Of a DNA stretch of 64,000 nt, positions 30,601 to 41,414 are shown in pieces; the first letter of the stretch is position 1; each line of letters starts with the position of its first letter. Origin of the DNA: a virus; IMG/VR virus record IMGVR_UViG_3300035698_008252, positions 7,912-71,911 of that record. The stretch is one strand, 5' to 3'. The position numbers and the translations under genes were made by a program. The notes under the pieces are model-generated. The model had not been told where the DNA came from, did no database searches, and worked only from the letters and a program-made list of their open reading frames with translations.

Positions 30601-32749
30601 AGTCAAAGAGTTAATAAAATCTAAATTGCCTGAATACTTAGATTCCCTTGGATTAATAATCGAAGGTAATAAAGTACAGTGCCCTAATTCTAAGGCACAT
30701 ATTAATAAAGATACTGGTAAACTCTCCGCAGCTTTCCTCCCAAAAACTAATAAGTCTTTAATATGGTGCTTTGTTGAAGATAGGAAATTTGATATATTTG
30801 ATGTATACAGCATACATACAGGTAAGGATATATTAGGTAGAAATTTCTATCCTGCAATTAAAGAATTAGCTAAGATGTTTGGTATACCTATAAGTGTAGA
30901 AGAAACCTATTCAGTTAAAGAGACAGCTAAGGATAAAAAGAGAGAGGCTTTAGAGGAGCTACATAAGCTAAGTCTTAAGAATATAAAATCAGGTATAGCA
31001 CTCTACAAAGAGAGAAAACTTAATACAGGTAAGATTAAACAGTGGAAGATTGGATTCATATCTCCTGACTTAATAACTAAAGAACTAAATACTAAGTTCA
31101 AAAATATTTTTGATTATAGTCTTAAAGCTGTTCTTAATTATCCTACATTAGTTATACCTACATTCAATGAGGATAATCAATATGTAAGTCTGATACTAAG
31201 ACAATTCGGTTGCGGTAAGAATGATAGATATTTAAATCTAAGTATGGCAGGAACTAATTTATTTAATATTAATAATCTTAGAGGTAATGATTATTTATAT
31301 ATTGTTGAGGGTGTGTTTGATGCTATTGCTTTGTATCCAGAAACTAATGTTGTAGCTGTATTAACTAATTCATTGCAAGACGAGTCATTAGAATATCTTG
31401 CTAAAACGGATTACAAGAAAATCACAATAGCTCTAGATGCCGATAACTGGAAACAAGGAAAAGACAGAGATGGTATATTAAAGACAATTATAAAATTAAG
31501 GAATGTTAGGGCAGATGTAGATGTAATTAAATTACCTGAAGGATTAGACCCTGATGATTATATTAAGGTTAATGGTTTAGATAAATTTAAAGCTTTAGAA
31601 ACTCTTACAGCTATAGATTATTTAATAGAAAATTTCCAAGAGAAGCTAATACCTATAGAGGAAATATATAAATATGTATCTGGGTGTCCTGATATTGTTA
31701 AGCGAGAAGAATTAACAAATGTAATATGTAAGAAATTAAGTCTAAGTAAAAGACAAATAGTTAAAGCTATTGATAATGTTGAAGTTAATAATGATACTAT
31801 AAATCTTGTAAGCTATGTAGAAGAGAAAGAACACTACACAAATATGCTTGAGGATTTCACAGAGTCTGCTTGGTCTAAAGAATTTCAAGGACTAACAACT
31901 AACTACCCGTTATTTGATAGCAGGGTAGGGGGTTTTGAAAATACATTTTATTTATATGTAGGCTTTCCTGAAATGGGTAAAACAGCTTTTCTATTAAACT
32001 TTGCATTCATGCTAGCAACCAGACCCGCCACATATGTAGCTTTCTATTCCTTAGATGATGGGGCTCAAAGAGCTATCATCCCTAGGCTAATGAGTATGGT
32101 ATCAGGTCTATCTACTCAGGTTATTAGAGACCCTTCACCAGACATACAGGAGAGATGGAATAAAGGTATTAAGAATATGCACATGCTTAAAGATAGTCTA
32201 GCTATTAAGGATGGTGGTGATATTCAATCTGTAGCCGACTTAGATAAATATATAAAACTACATTACAATATAGCTAAGGAAAAAGATAAAAAGTTTATAG
32301 TTATAATTGATAATGTCCATGCTCTATGCTCCTCCTCTAAATTCGAGGCTAATGAGAATACTCAGAGAGTAGCTAAGTATCTGAAGCATATACCTCAGAT
32401 TATGAATTGCCCTATTATAGCCACTGCTGAAGTTCCTAAGTCAGCAAACAAATTACCTGAAGGTAAGGATATTAAAGAATCCATTGACCTATGGTATGCA
32501 GCTAGATTTGTAGGAGGTGTTGTATCTGCGGGTCATGGTAAAGGTGAGTCAAATCTATTATGGAGACCTGATGCTGATGAGTCAAGTGGTAGGATGATGC
32601 CTATAATACAGTTACATGTATCTAAGAATCAGACAGGTCATTTATGGCATGGTGATTTATATTATAAATTAAATTGGGATAATAATAAATTGATAGAGTG
32701 CACTGATGAAGAATCTAAGATATTAGATGAAGGTCAGTATCTATATTAG
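30578..32749 (+). CDS. DNA primase-helicase (Zn finger + TOPRIM + DnaB-like)
   Basis: CP...H..WCF; IVEGVFDAI, ALDAD, DPDD; Walker A GFPEMGKT, IIDNV. Confidence 0.92.
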   Translation: MKIKQLSKVKELIKSKLPEYLDSLGLIIEGNKVQCPNSKAHINKDTGKLSAAFLPKTNKSLIWCFVEDRKFDIFDVYSIHTGKDILGRNFYPAIKELAKMFGIPISVEETYSVKETAKDKKREALEELHKLSLKNIKSGIALYKERKLNTGKIKQWKIGFISPDLITKELNTKFKNIFDYSLKAVLNYPTLVIPTFNEDNQYVSLILRQFGCGKNDRYLNLSMAGTNLFNINNLRGNDYLYIVEGVFDAIALYPETNVVAVLTNSLQDESLEYLAKTDYKKITIALDADNWKQGKDRDGILKTIIKLRNVRADVDVIKLPEGLDPDDYIKVNGLDKFKALETLTAIDYLIENFQEKLIPIEEIYKYVSGCPDIVKREELTNVICKKLSLSKRQIVKAIDNVEVNNDTINLVSYVEEKEHYTNMLEDFTESAWSKEFQGLTTNYPLFDSRVGGFENTFYLYVGFPEMGKTAFLLNFAFMLATRPATYVAFYSLDDGAQRAIIPRLMSMVSGLSTQVIRDPSPDIQERWNKGIKNMHMLKDSLAIKDGGDIQSVADLDKYIKLHYNIAKEKDKKFIVIIDNVHALCSSSKFEANENTQRVAKYLKHIPQIMNCPIIATAEVPKSANKLPEGKDIKESIDLWYAARFVGGVVSAGHGKGESNLLWRPDADESSGRMMPIIQLHVSKNQTGHLWHGDLYYKLNWDNNKLIECTDEESKILDEGQYLY

Positions 32750-32758
32750 GGAGTTGTT

Positions 32759-33415
32759 ATGGAATCTATAAAAGTAAAAGAATTACATCCAGGTATATTC
32801 CATCTAAAGTTCCAGACACAATATTGTGAGACAGATACTTTTATGCGGTTACAGGAATTCTATGAAAGCCCTTTCACAACTATTCGAGGAAAGTATTTTT
32901 CAAAAGAAAAGTATATGGATAGATATGTTAAGGAGTATGGTAAATTCGACTACCTAACTAAATGGTCAGGTTTCAATGTTCCTGGGAATATTGTATTTAA
33001 ATTCTTTACTCTATTTAACGACTATAATGATTTCACAAAGAAGGAAGTTAAGCTAAGAAAGATAGTAGGTAAAATATCTTCTCAGAGAGTTAAGTATTAT
33101 ATAATAGCTACACATATAGATTCTGATTTAAATCACGAACTAGCTCATGGGTTTTACTACCTATATCAGGGCTATAAACTCCACATGGCTAAGCTAATAA
33201 AAGAATATAATAATACTCAGTTATTCAAAGAGCTTAGACTTAAACTAAAAACTATGGGATACTGTAAGGCTGTTATAGATGACGAGCTACAAGCATACCT
33301 AGCAACTAATACAGAGACATGTTTATTATCTATCAGTAGATTTAAAAAGCATACTAAGATGTTAAACGAATTTAGCAATATTTTTAAAGCCTATACAAAT
33401 AAACAGGGAGTGTAG
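32759..33415 (+). CDS. hypothetical protein with HExxH motif
   Basis: RLQEFYESP...HELAH...DELQAY. Confidence 0.6.
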   Translation: MESIKVKELHPGIFHLKFQTQYCETDTFMRLQEFYESPFTTIRGKYFSKEKYMDRYVKEYGKFDYLTKWSGFNVPGNIVFKFFTLFNDYNDFTKKEVKLRKIVGKISSQRVKYYIIATHIDSDLNHELAHGFYYLYQGYKLHMAKLIKEYNNTQLFKELRLKLKTMGYCKAVIDDELQAYLATNTETCLLSISRFKKHTKMLNEFSNIFKAYTNKQGV

Positions 33416-34045
33416 AATGCAATACGATATTGGAGATATGGTTATAATTAAGAATAAGGATAACAAGTACTATCAGCTTAATGGTGTTATTGTAGACTAC
33501 TTTGACGAGACCTGTATATATGAAGTTAAATTTACTGAAGATACTTTTGGTAGGTTTACAGTCGAGGATTTAGCCCCTGACTCAGAGGAACAAGAAACAA
33601 CAGAATTGAGACAATCATGACTTTAACACCTGTAAGATTAGCCTGGCTATTGAAGCAGGGATTTAAATATGATAATAACAATCACTATGTATTGTTTGAT
33701 TTAAAGAGTAAACCTGTACTAAGAATAAAGGCACTAGTATTAGAAGTAGCAGAATCAGAATGGATTGTAGTGCAAGAACAGTTAGCGATAGTTATCCAAG
33801 AGTTAGGCGGTACTATAAGATGATTATAATTACTATAGTTCAATGTGTTATAGTTGCGGCTATCTTATCATGCATATATACAGCAGGCTATATAAATGGA
33901 TTTTTTAGAAGAGACAATATTCTAAACAATGTGATATACGATAGAGCAGCTAAGGATAATTATCATACACCTGAATTAGTTAATGATGAGGCTTTCAATA
34001 ACGATAATACTCTAAGACAGAGTGCGAAAATAAATAGCGAATTGA

Positions 34046-34083
34046 TTGACACAGCATAGTTCGATATGGTATACTTGAAGTAT
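34046..34083 (+). promoter_or_regulatory. sigma70-type promoter; 38-bp perfect inverted copy at 41300-41337
   Basis: TTGACACAGCATAGTTCGATATGGTATACTTGAAGTAT. Confidence 0.9.
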
Positions 34084-34270
34084 AACGATTAAGATGTAGC
34101 ACGAAACTAAACCACCTACGAACCGTTGGTAGGATAAGAGGGTTACTATAGGCTTGGGTAGATGTGAATTTGTTAATATCTCTGTATCTAGAGACAGAGG
34201 ACAATAAAGGATTATCAGGTGTTTCCTTGTCTTAGGGTTAAACCATATCAGGGTCTATAGTAGACGGATA
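34084..34270 (+). ncRNA. putative structured RNA / long 5' leader
   Basis: Non-coding stretch directly behind a promoter; helices 34144-34155/34251-34262, 34161-34166/34244-34249, 34180-34185/34194-34199, 34200-34204/34227-34231, 34115-34119/34129-34133. Confidence 0.45.
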
Positions 34271-34290
34271 TAATATAAAGGAGAGGTATA

Positions 34291-34761
34291 ATGATTAAAT
34301 TAGTTGATAAACTTTGGGGTAAAGAAAATTGGTTAGTGAACAATGATAAATATTGTTCTAAGTATCTAACTGTTAATAGAGGTGCTGAGTGTAGTGTACA
34401 TTACCATATCCGTAAGGATGAAACTTTCTATGTTATTGCAGGTGAAGTAGAATTATATGTAGTGAATCTCTTACAAGATTACCCTCTAATGTATGATAGT
34501 AAAAGAATTAGAATACTCTGTGATTACCATGAGAATATTATATTTAATAAAGATGATATACTGAATTCCTTAGAAATAATTACTCTTAAAAAAGGAGACC
34601 AGTTTAGACTTAAGCCTTATATGGCACATAAATTTAGGTCAAAGACTTTTGCATCTGTAATCATGGAAGTAAGTACCACACATTATGATTCCGATAGCTA
34701 TAGGATTAAAAAATCTAGGTTGTTAGATGCTAATGAATTTGATAATAGGTACTTCGGGTAA
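34291..34761 (+). CDS. cupin (sugar isomerase-like)
   Basis: KLWGKE.W..N.DKYC.K.L...CSVHYH..KDETFYV..G...HKF...MEVST. Confidence 0.8.
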   Translation: MIKLVDKLWGKENWLVNNDKYCSKYLTVNRGAECSVHYHIRKDETFYVIAGEVELYVVNLLQDYPLMYDSKRIRILCDYHENIIFNKDDILNSLEIITLKKGDQFRLKPYMAHKFRSKTFASVIMEVSTTHYDSDSYRIKKSRLLDANEFDNRYFG

Positions 34762-34769
34762 GGAATAAT

Positions 34770-35294
34770 ATGCGTGATATATTTACAATAGCAGACCCGC
34801 ATATAGGACATAAGGGTATTCTTAAATGGAGACCTCAGTTTAAAGATATTCAAGAGCATGATGAGACTTTTGTAGCTAACTGGAATAGTGTTATAAAAAA
34901 GAAGAAATATATTGTATGGGTTCTTGGTGATTTCTTAATTCACAATAAGCTGTATAATATGGAAGAGTTTTTAAGTAGACTAAATGGTACTATAAGAGTA
35001 ATACCTGGTAATCATGATTACATGCCTTACTATCCTAAGAACATGGTTTATAATGGTCTCTGGGCTAAGTATGGCTTTTGGTTATCTCATGCACCTATTC
35101 ATCCTCTATCATTAAGAGGTAAGAAAAATATTCATGGGCATGTACATAACAATTTAGTTAAACGCTATGGATTTGATGTTAGAGGTGATGGTCTAGTTTC
35201 CAGAGTACCTGATGACAGATATATCTGTGTATGCTCTGAGCATGTAAACTTCACACCTATATCTATTGATGAGATTAGGAGTAGACAATGTTAA
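34770..35294 (+). CDS. calcineurin-like phosphoesterase
   Basis: ADPHIGH, LGDF, GNHD, LSHAP, HGHVH. Confidence 0.9.
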   Translation: MRDIFTIADPHIGHKGILKWRPQFKDIQEHDETFVANWNSVIKKKKYIVWVLGDFLIHNKLYNMEEFLSRLNGTIRVIPGNHDYMPYYPKNMVYNGLWAKYGFWLSHAPIHPLSLRGKKNIHGHVHNNLVKRYGFDVRGDGLVSRVPDDRYICVCSEHVNFTPISIDEIRSRQC

Positions 35295-38200
35295 CTATAG
35301 CTCGAATGTTTTTAGGATTTCTATTTTCAGCAGGAATAGTTTTATGGGGCTTGTTAAACTTTATATTGTTTGGCGTAAAGTGTAAGCCCGTAGCTCTTAT
35401 AATTTTTAGCATTGCTGTAATTATTTTTTTAGGTCAATTTATATCTATGTTAGGATAACTATGCCACTGATGAAGCGTTTAACAATATTAGATAGATACG
35501 GTAAATATGCTATTGCTGATATAGCTAAAGTAATTGCTATATATTTTCCTCTCGTAAGAGAGACTAGAATATACCAGTTAATTCTTCAAGTAGATTCAGT
35601 TGATATGGCTCTACATCTATTACAGTGTCATAGAGAAAGCGATTTAACAATAGATAATATTGTATTCCAATACCTACAGCACAAGGATAGCGTATAGTGG
35701 AAATAACTTTAGAGTTAGTAATTTTAATATTATTAATATTACTTCTGATATATATGACTTGTATAGGTATCAAAGGTTTAATAGATACCAATAAATAATA
35801 AAGGAGTAAGTGTGAGTACGAAGACTAAAAGAGATTACCTTAAAAAGTTTACAGCTAACATAGATTACAAGGATAGATTTTCAGTCTTCATGGAAAGTAC
35901 TCACTATGCTATTGTTAAATGTAAGGGAGGCTACTATAAAAAACCTAGGACATGCGTAAAATATCATCCAGCATCTTATACGCTAATCAAAAAAGGTATA
36001 AGTACTTTTGTAGGGTTTAGACAAGAGCTACTTACAGGTAGATTATCTTATGTAAACATTAGAGCCTTTAAGAGAGCCTTAGCTAGTATGGATATGAAAC
36101 TTAACAATAGAGTAAATAGTATTTTAGAGGAAGAGACTAAGATATTTAATATAATAAGAGATACTGTTAGATGGAATGCAGGAGGGGCTTTAGCAGAAGA
36201 TACTCTGAAGTCTTACAGAATAGCAGCTAATAAAATTTTAAATAGGGAGCATTAATGTATATACATGCCGAGATGACAACGCTAAGATTTTATGTTGAGG
36301 ATGGATGGACACCTAAAAAGATAAAAGCTTATTTATCAAAAGAAAACTATGAAGTATCCGATAGGACTTTACTAGGATACTATGCTGTGTACACTAATGA
36401 AGGTCATCAAGCTTTTAAACCTGAGTTACTAGAAGAGCATGAGATAGTAAATCCTTTCAGAATGAATATTGATTTCTATATAGATAAACCTAAATCTATA
36501 TCTATATTTAAAAAATGCCTAGAAGATATAGGGAAAAAATTTGACTATTAAACAAGCTCTTAAATTTATATTTAATAATGCTACTAAGATAGGTGAACTC
36601 GCTGTAGATAATTATATGCCAGCAGCTAATCTTAGGTCTTATTACGTTCTTTATCTCCTGACAAAAGATAATGAGAAATATCGTAAGCCTTTAATTAAAC
36701 TATGTAAAGAAGTTAAAAAATATATTAGTCGAGGTGATAAGTGATACCTATATTCTATAATGGTAAAATAATCGGTAAACTATACTGTAAGGATAATTTA
36801 GTTTGTGTTGAATTTATTGACTACACAAGTGCAAATACTATAAGAGACATATTTCCTACTTCAGCCTTTATATCTCTAAAGCATGAAAATAGATGTGGGA
36901 TATACTATCATAAAAGTATTAATATAGTGCAATTTATGGGCGGTGTATAATGATACCTAAAGTATTTACAAGCTTAAATATTCCTAAGGAAGATTATTTC
37001 ATGACAGGCTCAAGAGCTATGGATAGCGAGAAACTAAATTTTAAAGTAAGTACTTCTATATCTGATTATGATTATGTGGTATCTATTCATCAGAGACACC
37101 ATATACTAATTTGGTTAAGAGAAAATAATATGGTAGTTGATATGTCCAGCTATAATGGTGGTTTTAAATTCGCTGAAGGTGATAAGCAATATAATATAAT
37201 AACTGCTATTGATATTGAATTTAAAGCTTGGAAGTCTGCATTAGATATGATACGCAAATTAATCCTATCGGATGCACTCTATAGAAAAGCAATACAAGAT
37301 AAGTATTTAAGATATTCTCTATACGAACAGTTTAGAGGTATATGTAAAGCAGCCCTAACTATGGGAGGTAGATTGTAATGTGGTTAAAAGTAATTGGAAA
37401 TAAACTTAAGTTAGTATCTGATTCAGGAAGTGCTTATAAAGATTCTTTGGAGATGCCACATAAGGATGAGTGGATACATATAAAAACAATAGATAATTCA
37501 AGCTCTGTTGAGCTTGTATTTATTAATGGTAAAGAACTTGATGGCTGTGGTAGTATAGTAGTACCTACAGAAGAAGTAAAGAAACAACCAGTAACTCTAG
37601 CGGTATTTGCTGTCATGCATAAATTCTCATATGAAGTTATTGCTGTTAAGTCTTGTAAAGAGTGTGCTGAGAAAATTTGTAAAGAACAAGAAGAAGGTTC
37701 TTATATAGTACGCCAACTAACGGGGAGTATTTAAAATGTGGGTAAAATTTAAAGGTACAATTAGTGTTCTTCCTGAGGGTTGCAATCCTCAAGATACGGA
37801 AAGTAAAACTAGAGTTCTAGATATAAATAACGTAGATAATTCATGGATGGATATTGAAGTTATTACTGAAGATAAACTAACGGTGAAAGTATATTTAGGA
37901 GATAAAGTATAATGCCTGAGTGGGCTATAATAACATTAATAGTTGTAGGATGCCTAATAGTAGCTTTTGGTATTGAGTGGCTATGGTGAGAGGAGTATAT
38001 AATGATACGAACTGATAAAGAGAATATTATTAAAATGATTAGGGATTTAAGAACACAGATAGGTGAACTAGTCCAGGATAATTCTGAAGATAAAGTAGAG
38101 GAAGCTCAGAAGAGCTTAAATAAAATTCAAGATAAAGTATTTATTATATAGGAGAGTGTAATGATTAAGATAGTATTATTTTTATTTGTTTTGTTTTTAC

Positions 38201-39434
38201 TTTTTTTATCTTTCTGGGATATTTTTTTTAATGGAGTTGATATGAAGGGCAAGAGATAATGGAAAAATTTAAATCATTCGCAGTAGTACAAAATGTATAT
38301 GGTAGTCTATGGGTAGGTACGTCAGAGAATGCACCTGATGGTAATAAGTACTTTAAGAAAAGAGAACAGGCTATTGATAAGGCTATGAATATATTTATAG
38401 GTAAGAACCCTTATTTTGATGACTATCTTAGTGCTGGTGAAGAAGAACCTGAGACAGTAGAAGAATATGAAGCAATACAAAATGAAGGTATAGAAGATTC
38501 TGATATGGAAAAAGTTATTGATAAATTTGTAATTTAATTAGGGCGGTATTATGAAAGAAAGATATTTACAAAACTTCTGCTATAACACTGCTTGTATTAA
38601 TCATATACCTGTTTCTTACAAAGTATTTAATGCGGGTTTAGTTATACGCACCCGTAATAAGGTACAGAATATAATTTTAAATCATAAGTATATTACTAGC
38701 CATAATAAGACTATTTTTTTCTGTGATGCCTGTACGGAGGCAATAAGGATAAATAATGATTGTATTTATACTATTAATAATATATGCACTATGGCTATGC
38801 TATAGTCAAACAAAAGGATAAATTATGCAACCATTAATAAATGCAATAAATGAGTTAAAACAAAGAGACCCTGAAGTAAATCTTATTATACATATGTCTC
38901 CAGATTATTATGATTATATTAAAAGCCATATAACTTCGGTACATGTTCGAGGTGAGAATTTTATGGGTTTTAGTTTTAGAGTCGATAATCGTGATTCACT
39001 TTTTAGTTTAGAGCTTCTTAAGTTAGATGATAAGAATAAAATAAAACCTAAGTATGCGATAGATAATATAGTTAGCTATAAAACTAATCTTATAGATAAT
39101 TCTATAGGAATTACTAGAATAAAATCTATACTGATTACTAAAGATAATAATATAATTTATACGCTTAATAGTAATCCTGATATAGTTATGACTATGCGTG
39201 AAGAAGATATTAGGCTATATACAGGAGAAATAGATGTTTAGAAATATACTTAGATATACTTTAGGATTAACACTATTGATACCCACATCAGCTCTATTAG
39301 TAGCTGCTGGTGGAATACTATCTTTATTTATAGCTTTCTGTGAATTAGTTTCTTATGTGGTAGGGTTAAGTAATGATTTCTCACTATCTATAGGTATTCT
39401 AAAAGCCAAGAAAGTCCTCAATTATACCATATAA
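35288..39434 (+). other. array of small hypothetical/accessory genes (incl. 35461-35697, 35812-36255, 36255-36551, 36541-36744, 36741-36950, 37378-37734, 38259-38537, 38551-38805, 38825-39241, 39234-39434)
   Basis: Translationally coupled short ORFs with RBSs; several are TM peptides. Confidence 0.7.
36950..37378 (+). CDS. minimal Pol-beta-like nucleotidyltransferase (putative)
   Basis: FMTGSRA...SDYDY (hG[GS]..DxD). Confidence 0.6.
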   Translation: MIPKVFTSLNIPKEDYFMTGSRAMDSEKLNFKVSTSISDYDYVVSIHQRHHILIWLRENNMVVDMSSYNGGFKFAEGDKQYNIITAIDIEFKAWKSALDMIRKLILSDALYRKAIQDKYLRYSLYEQFRGICKAALTMGGRL

Positions 39435-39439
39435 AGTCA

Positions 39440-40150
39440 GTATTAAGCCCTACTCAAAACGTCCTGCTTAGCCCCTGGCTGTACGTTCTCCCCTAAACCC
39501 TACACTTACCCTAATATACTATATTAAAGACTACCTATACCCCTGTTTCTTCAACCACAACCCTGTTGTCATAGCTATTCCTGTGCTATATCTAGCACAA
39601 GTTTAAGGTTTATCTATGCTGTTAATAGCATAGCCTGACTATGCCTTTTCCTCTTAGTCTAAACCAGTTGTCCTGGAATCCAGGACTACTCAATTAATAC
39701 TTCAGTTCTGATAGGTTAAACTAGTTTATTTTATGATTGAGTTGTCAAGGATTACTTTACATCTGCATCACAGGTTAAACTATCCTCTACCGCTTCTTCC
39801 TATTTGATTATTATTACAAAAGGGGTTGGGGATATAACGCCTATACTCACATATTACCATAGCATATCCTAACCCCTACTATCGTAGAGCTTCGGACTGT
39901 TCTACAGTCTAGAGCGTATGGCTATAGCTATGGCTATAGTTATGGGGGGTCATGGCAATGGCTATGGTGAAGCGAATGGAGATGAGCTGATTGCTATGGT
40001 AGGTTGCACCTAGTCAGGTGCGATAGCTATGGTGAGCCCAGGATGGGAGAGCAATGGCTAGCGGAACTGATTAGGTTCAACACTATGCTCTAGGGTATGA
40101 GTACACACGCCTCTTTCCCCAGCCCCTTTCCCGTAGTTGATGCGGATAGA
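39440..40150. other. non-coding, hairpin-rich convergence zone between the two transcription arms
   Basis: No ORF >=60 aa; at least six short stem-loops; C-rich to G-rich switch near 39.9 kb. Confidence 0.6.
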
Positions 40151-40156
40151 GAATAA

Positions 40157-40555
40157 TTAAAGTTTATCTAATAGCCTCTTTCTTTTAGCTACCATAGAAT
40201 TCCATTGGGATTTATAGGCTTCAAATTCTTGCCAAAGTCGTTCCCTTGTTCCTGTGGTATCTCCCTCATTGTCCTTATAGTCTTGATAGGCTAATTCCTT
40301 CTTATAATATAAATCAGTCATCTCCTTCTCAAGTTCTTTTATTTGTTTTTTAATAGTTGCCATTTACTATACCTCCTATTTATTAAAGCATTCACATAAC
40401 ATAACAATGTCTTTTTTAGTACACTCACCAAAAGCTCCCTCTATGTTATTAAAAGAATTATGTATTTTATAATTCAACTCTCTAGTATATTTTATTTCAT
40501 TCCTAGAACCTTCGCAATACTCCTTAGCGAAATCAGCAGCCTCTAATACATCCAT
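40157..40555 (-). CDS. two small hypothetical proteins (40157-40363 coiled coil; 40376-40555)
   Basis: Both have strong RBSs (GGAGGT, GGGGGT). Confidence 0.6.
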
Positions 40556-40569
40556 ATAATACCCCCTAG

Positions 40570-41088
40570 TTAATAAGCATAAACATTACAGAGTCTTTTT
40601 AGTAAAGCTGTTTTTGCTAGCTCAAATTTCTGTAAGTTTGTTTTTCTTATTGAAGCTCTTTTTTCAACAAAATAATCTCCACCCTCATAATAAGCTATTA
40701 CTCCTATGTTCTTACCTAGAGACCTGAGATATTCTTTTTCTTTCTTATATAATGCTAAAGGTACAACAAAATAGAATTGATGAGGTTTTTGAGGTTCTTT
40801 ACGAACTCCTAGACTTTTGTTGATATAGTTACCATTAGGCATAACATGACCATAACAACCACGAAAAGCCCTAAGCTGTATTTTGTATTTACTCTTCCTC
40901 TTCTCTGCTACTTTAATGTCGTGAGAGTTTCTTTTAAACTCATATTCTATAATTTTCTCACCTCTTAAATCAACAGCAAGAACATCAGCTATACAACCAT
41001 AAAAACTAACCTCAGTACAAGCTATAAGATTTTTATTCCTACGCAAAAAACGAGCAAAATATTCCTCGTTTATCATAGTTCTCTCCAT
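40570..41088 (-). CDS. PD-(D/E)xK (MmcB-like) nuclease-fold protein
   Basis: EV....ADVLAV...IIEYEFKRN..D...FYFVVP. Confidence 0.7.
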   Translation of the reverse strand: MERTMINEEYFARFLRRNKNLIACTEVSFYGCIADVLAVDLRGEKIIEYEFKRNSHDIKVAEKRKSKYKIQLRAFRGCYGHVMPNGNYINKSLGVRKEPQKPHQFYFVVPLALYKKEKEYLRSLGKNIGVIAYYEGGDYFVEKRASIRKTNLQKFELAKTALLKRLCNVYAY

Positions 41089-41089
41089 A

Positions 41090-41272
41090 TTATTTATTGC
41101 AATAAGCTACCCATACACCACAAATAGGAAGATAGATAGATGTATCACCTTCCGTAAGATTCTTTAGTATTGTTGATTCACAGGTAGCCCATTCTACCCA
41201 TTTAACTGTACTACTAACCCTTAACCTCAATTCCCTAGTAATATTGCATTCAAAGGTATTTCCATCTTTCAT
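41090..41272 (-). CDS. hypothetical protein
   Basis: ATG 41272 after GGAGGA, downstream of the promoter at 41308-41337. Confidence 0.55.
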   Translation of the reverse strand: MKDGNTFECNITRELRLRVSSTVKWVEWATCESTILKNLTEGDTSIYLPICGVWVAYCNK

Positions 41273-41299
41273 ATAGTCCTCCAAGTTAAATTTTAATTC

Positions 41300-41337
41300 A
41301 TACTTCAAGTATACCATATCGAACTATGCTGTGTCAA
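41300..41337 (-). promoter_or_regulatory. sigma70-type promoter identical to 34046-34083
   Basis: Reverse complement of the same 38-mer. Confidence 0.9.
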
Positions 41338-41414
41338 GTTACCTAACACTAATAGCTATAGTGATGCTTGTATGGTAATGTCCTCTAAAATTATATGTCC
41401 TCTGTTTAAGGGAC

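Noticed and set aside
34096-34146. c-di-GMP-I riboswitch (CTAAACC...GGTAGG...GGTTAC resembles its P2 arm)
   Set aside because: The required upstream GNRA-capped arm (GCAAACC..GAAA..GGACGCAAAGC) is absent; the resemblance is only partial.
39915-40015. Gly/Tyr-repeat protein (YGYSYG.., GHGNGYG..)
   Set aside because: The pattern changes frame, has no start or RBS, and is short; treated as low-complexity DNA.
40040-40100. tRNA near GGTTCAA
   Set aside because: No cloverleaf, acceptor stem or D-arm could be built.
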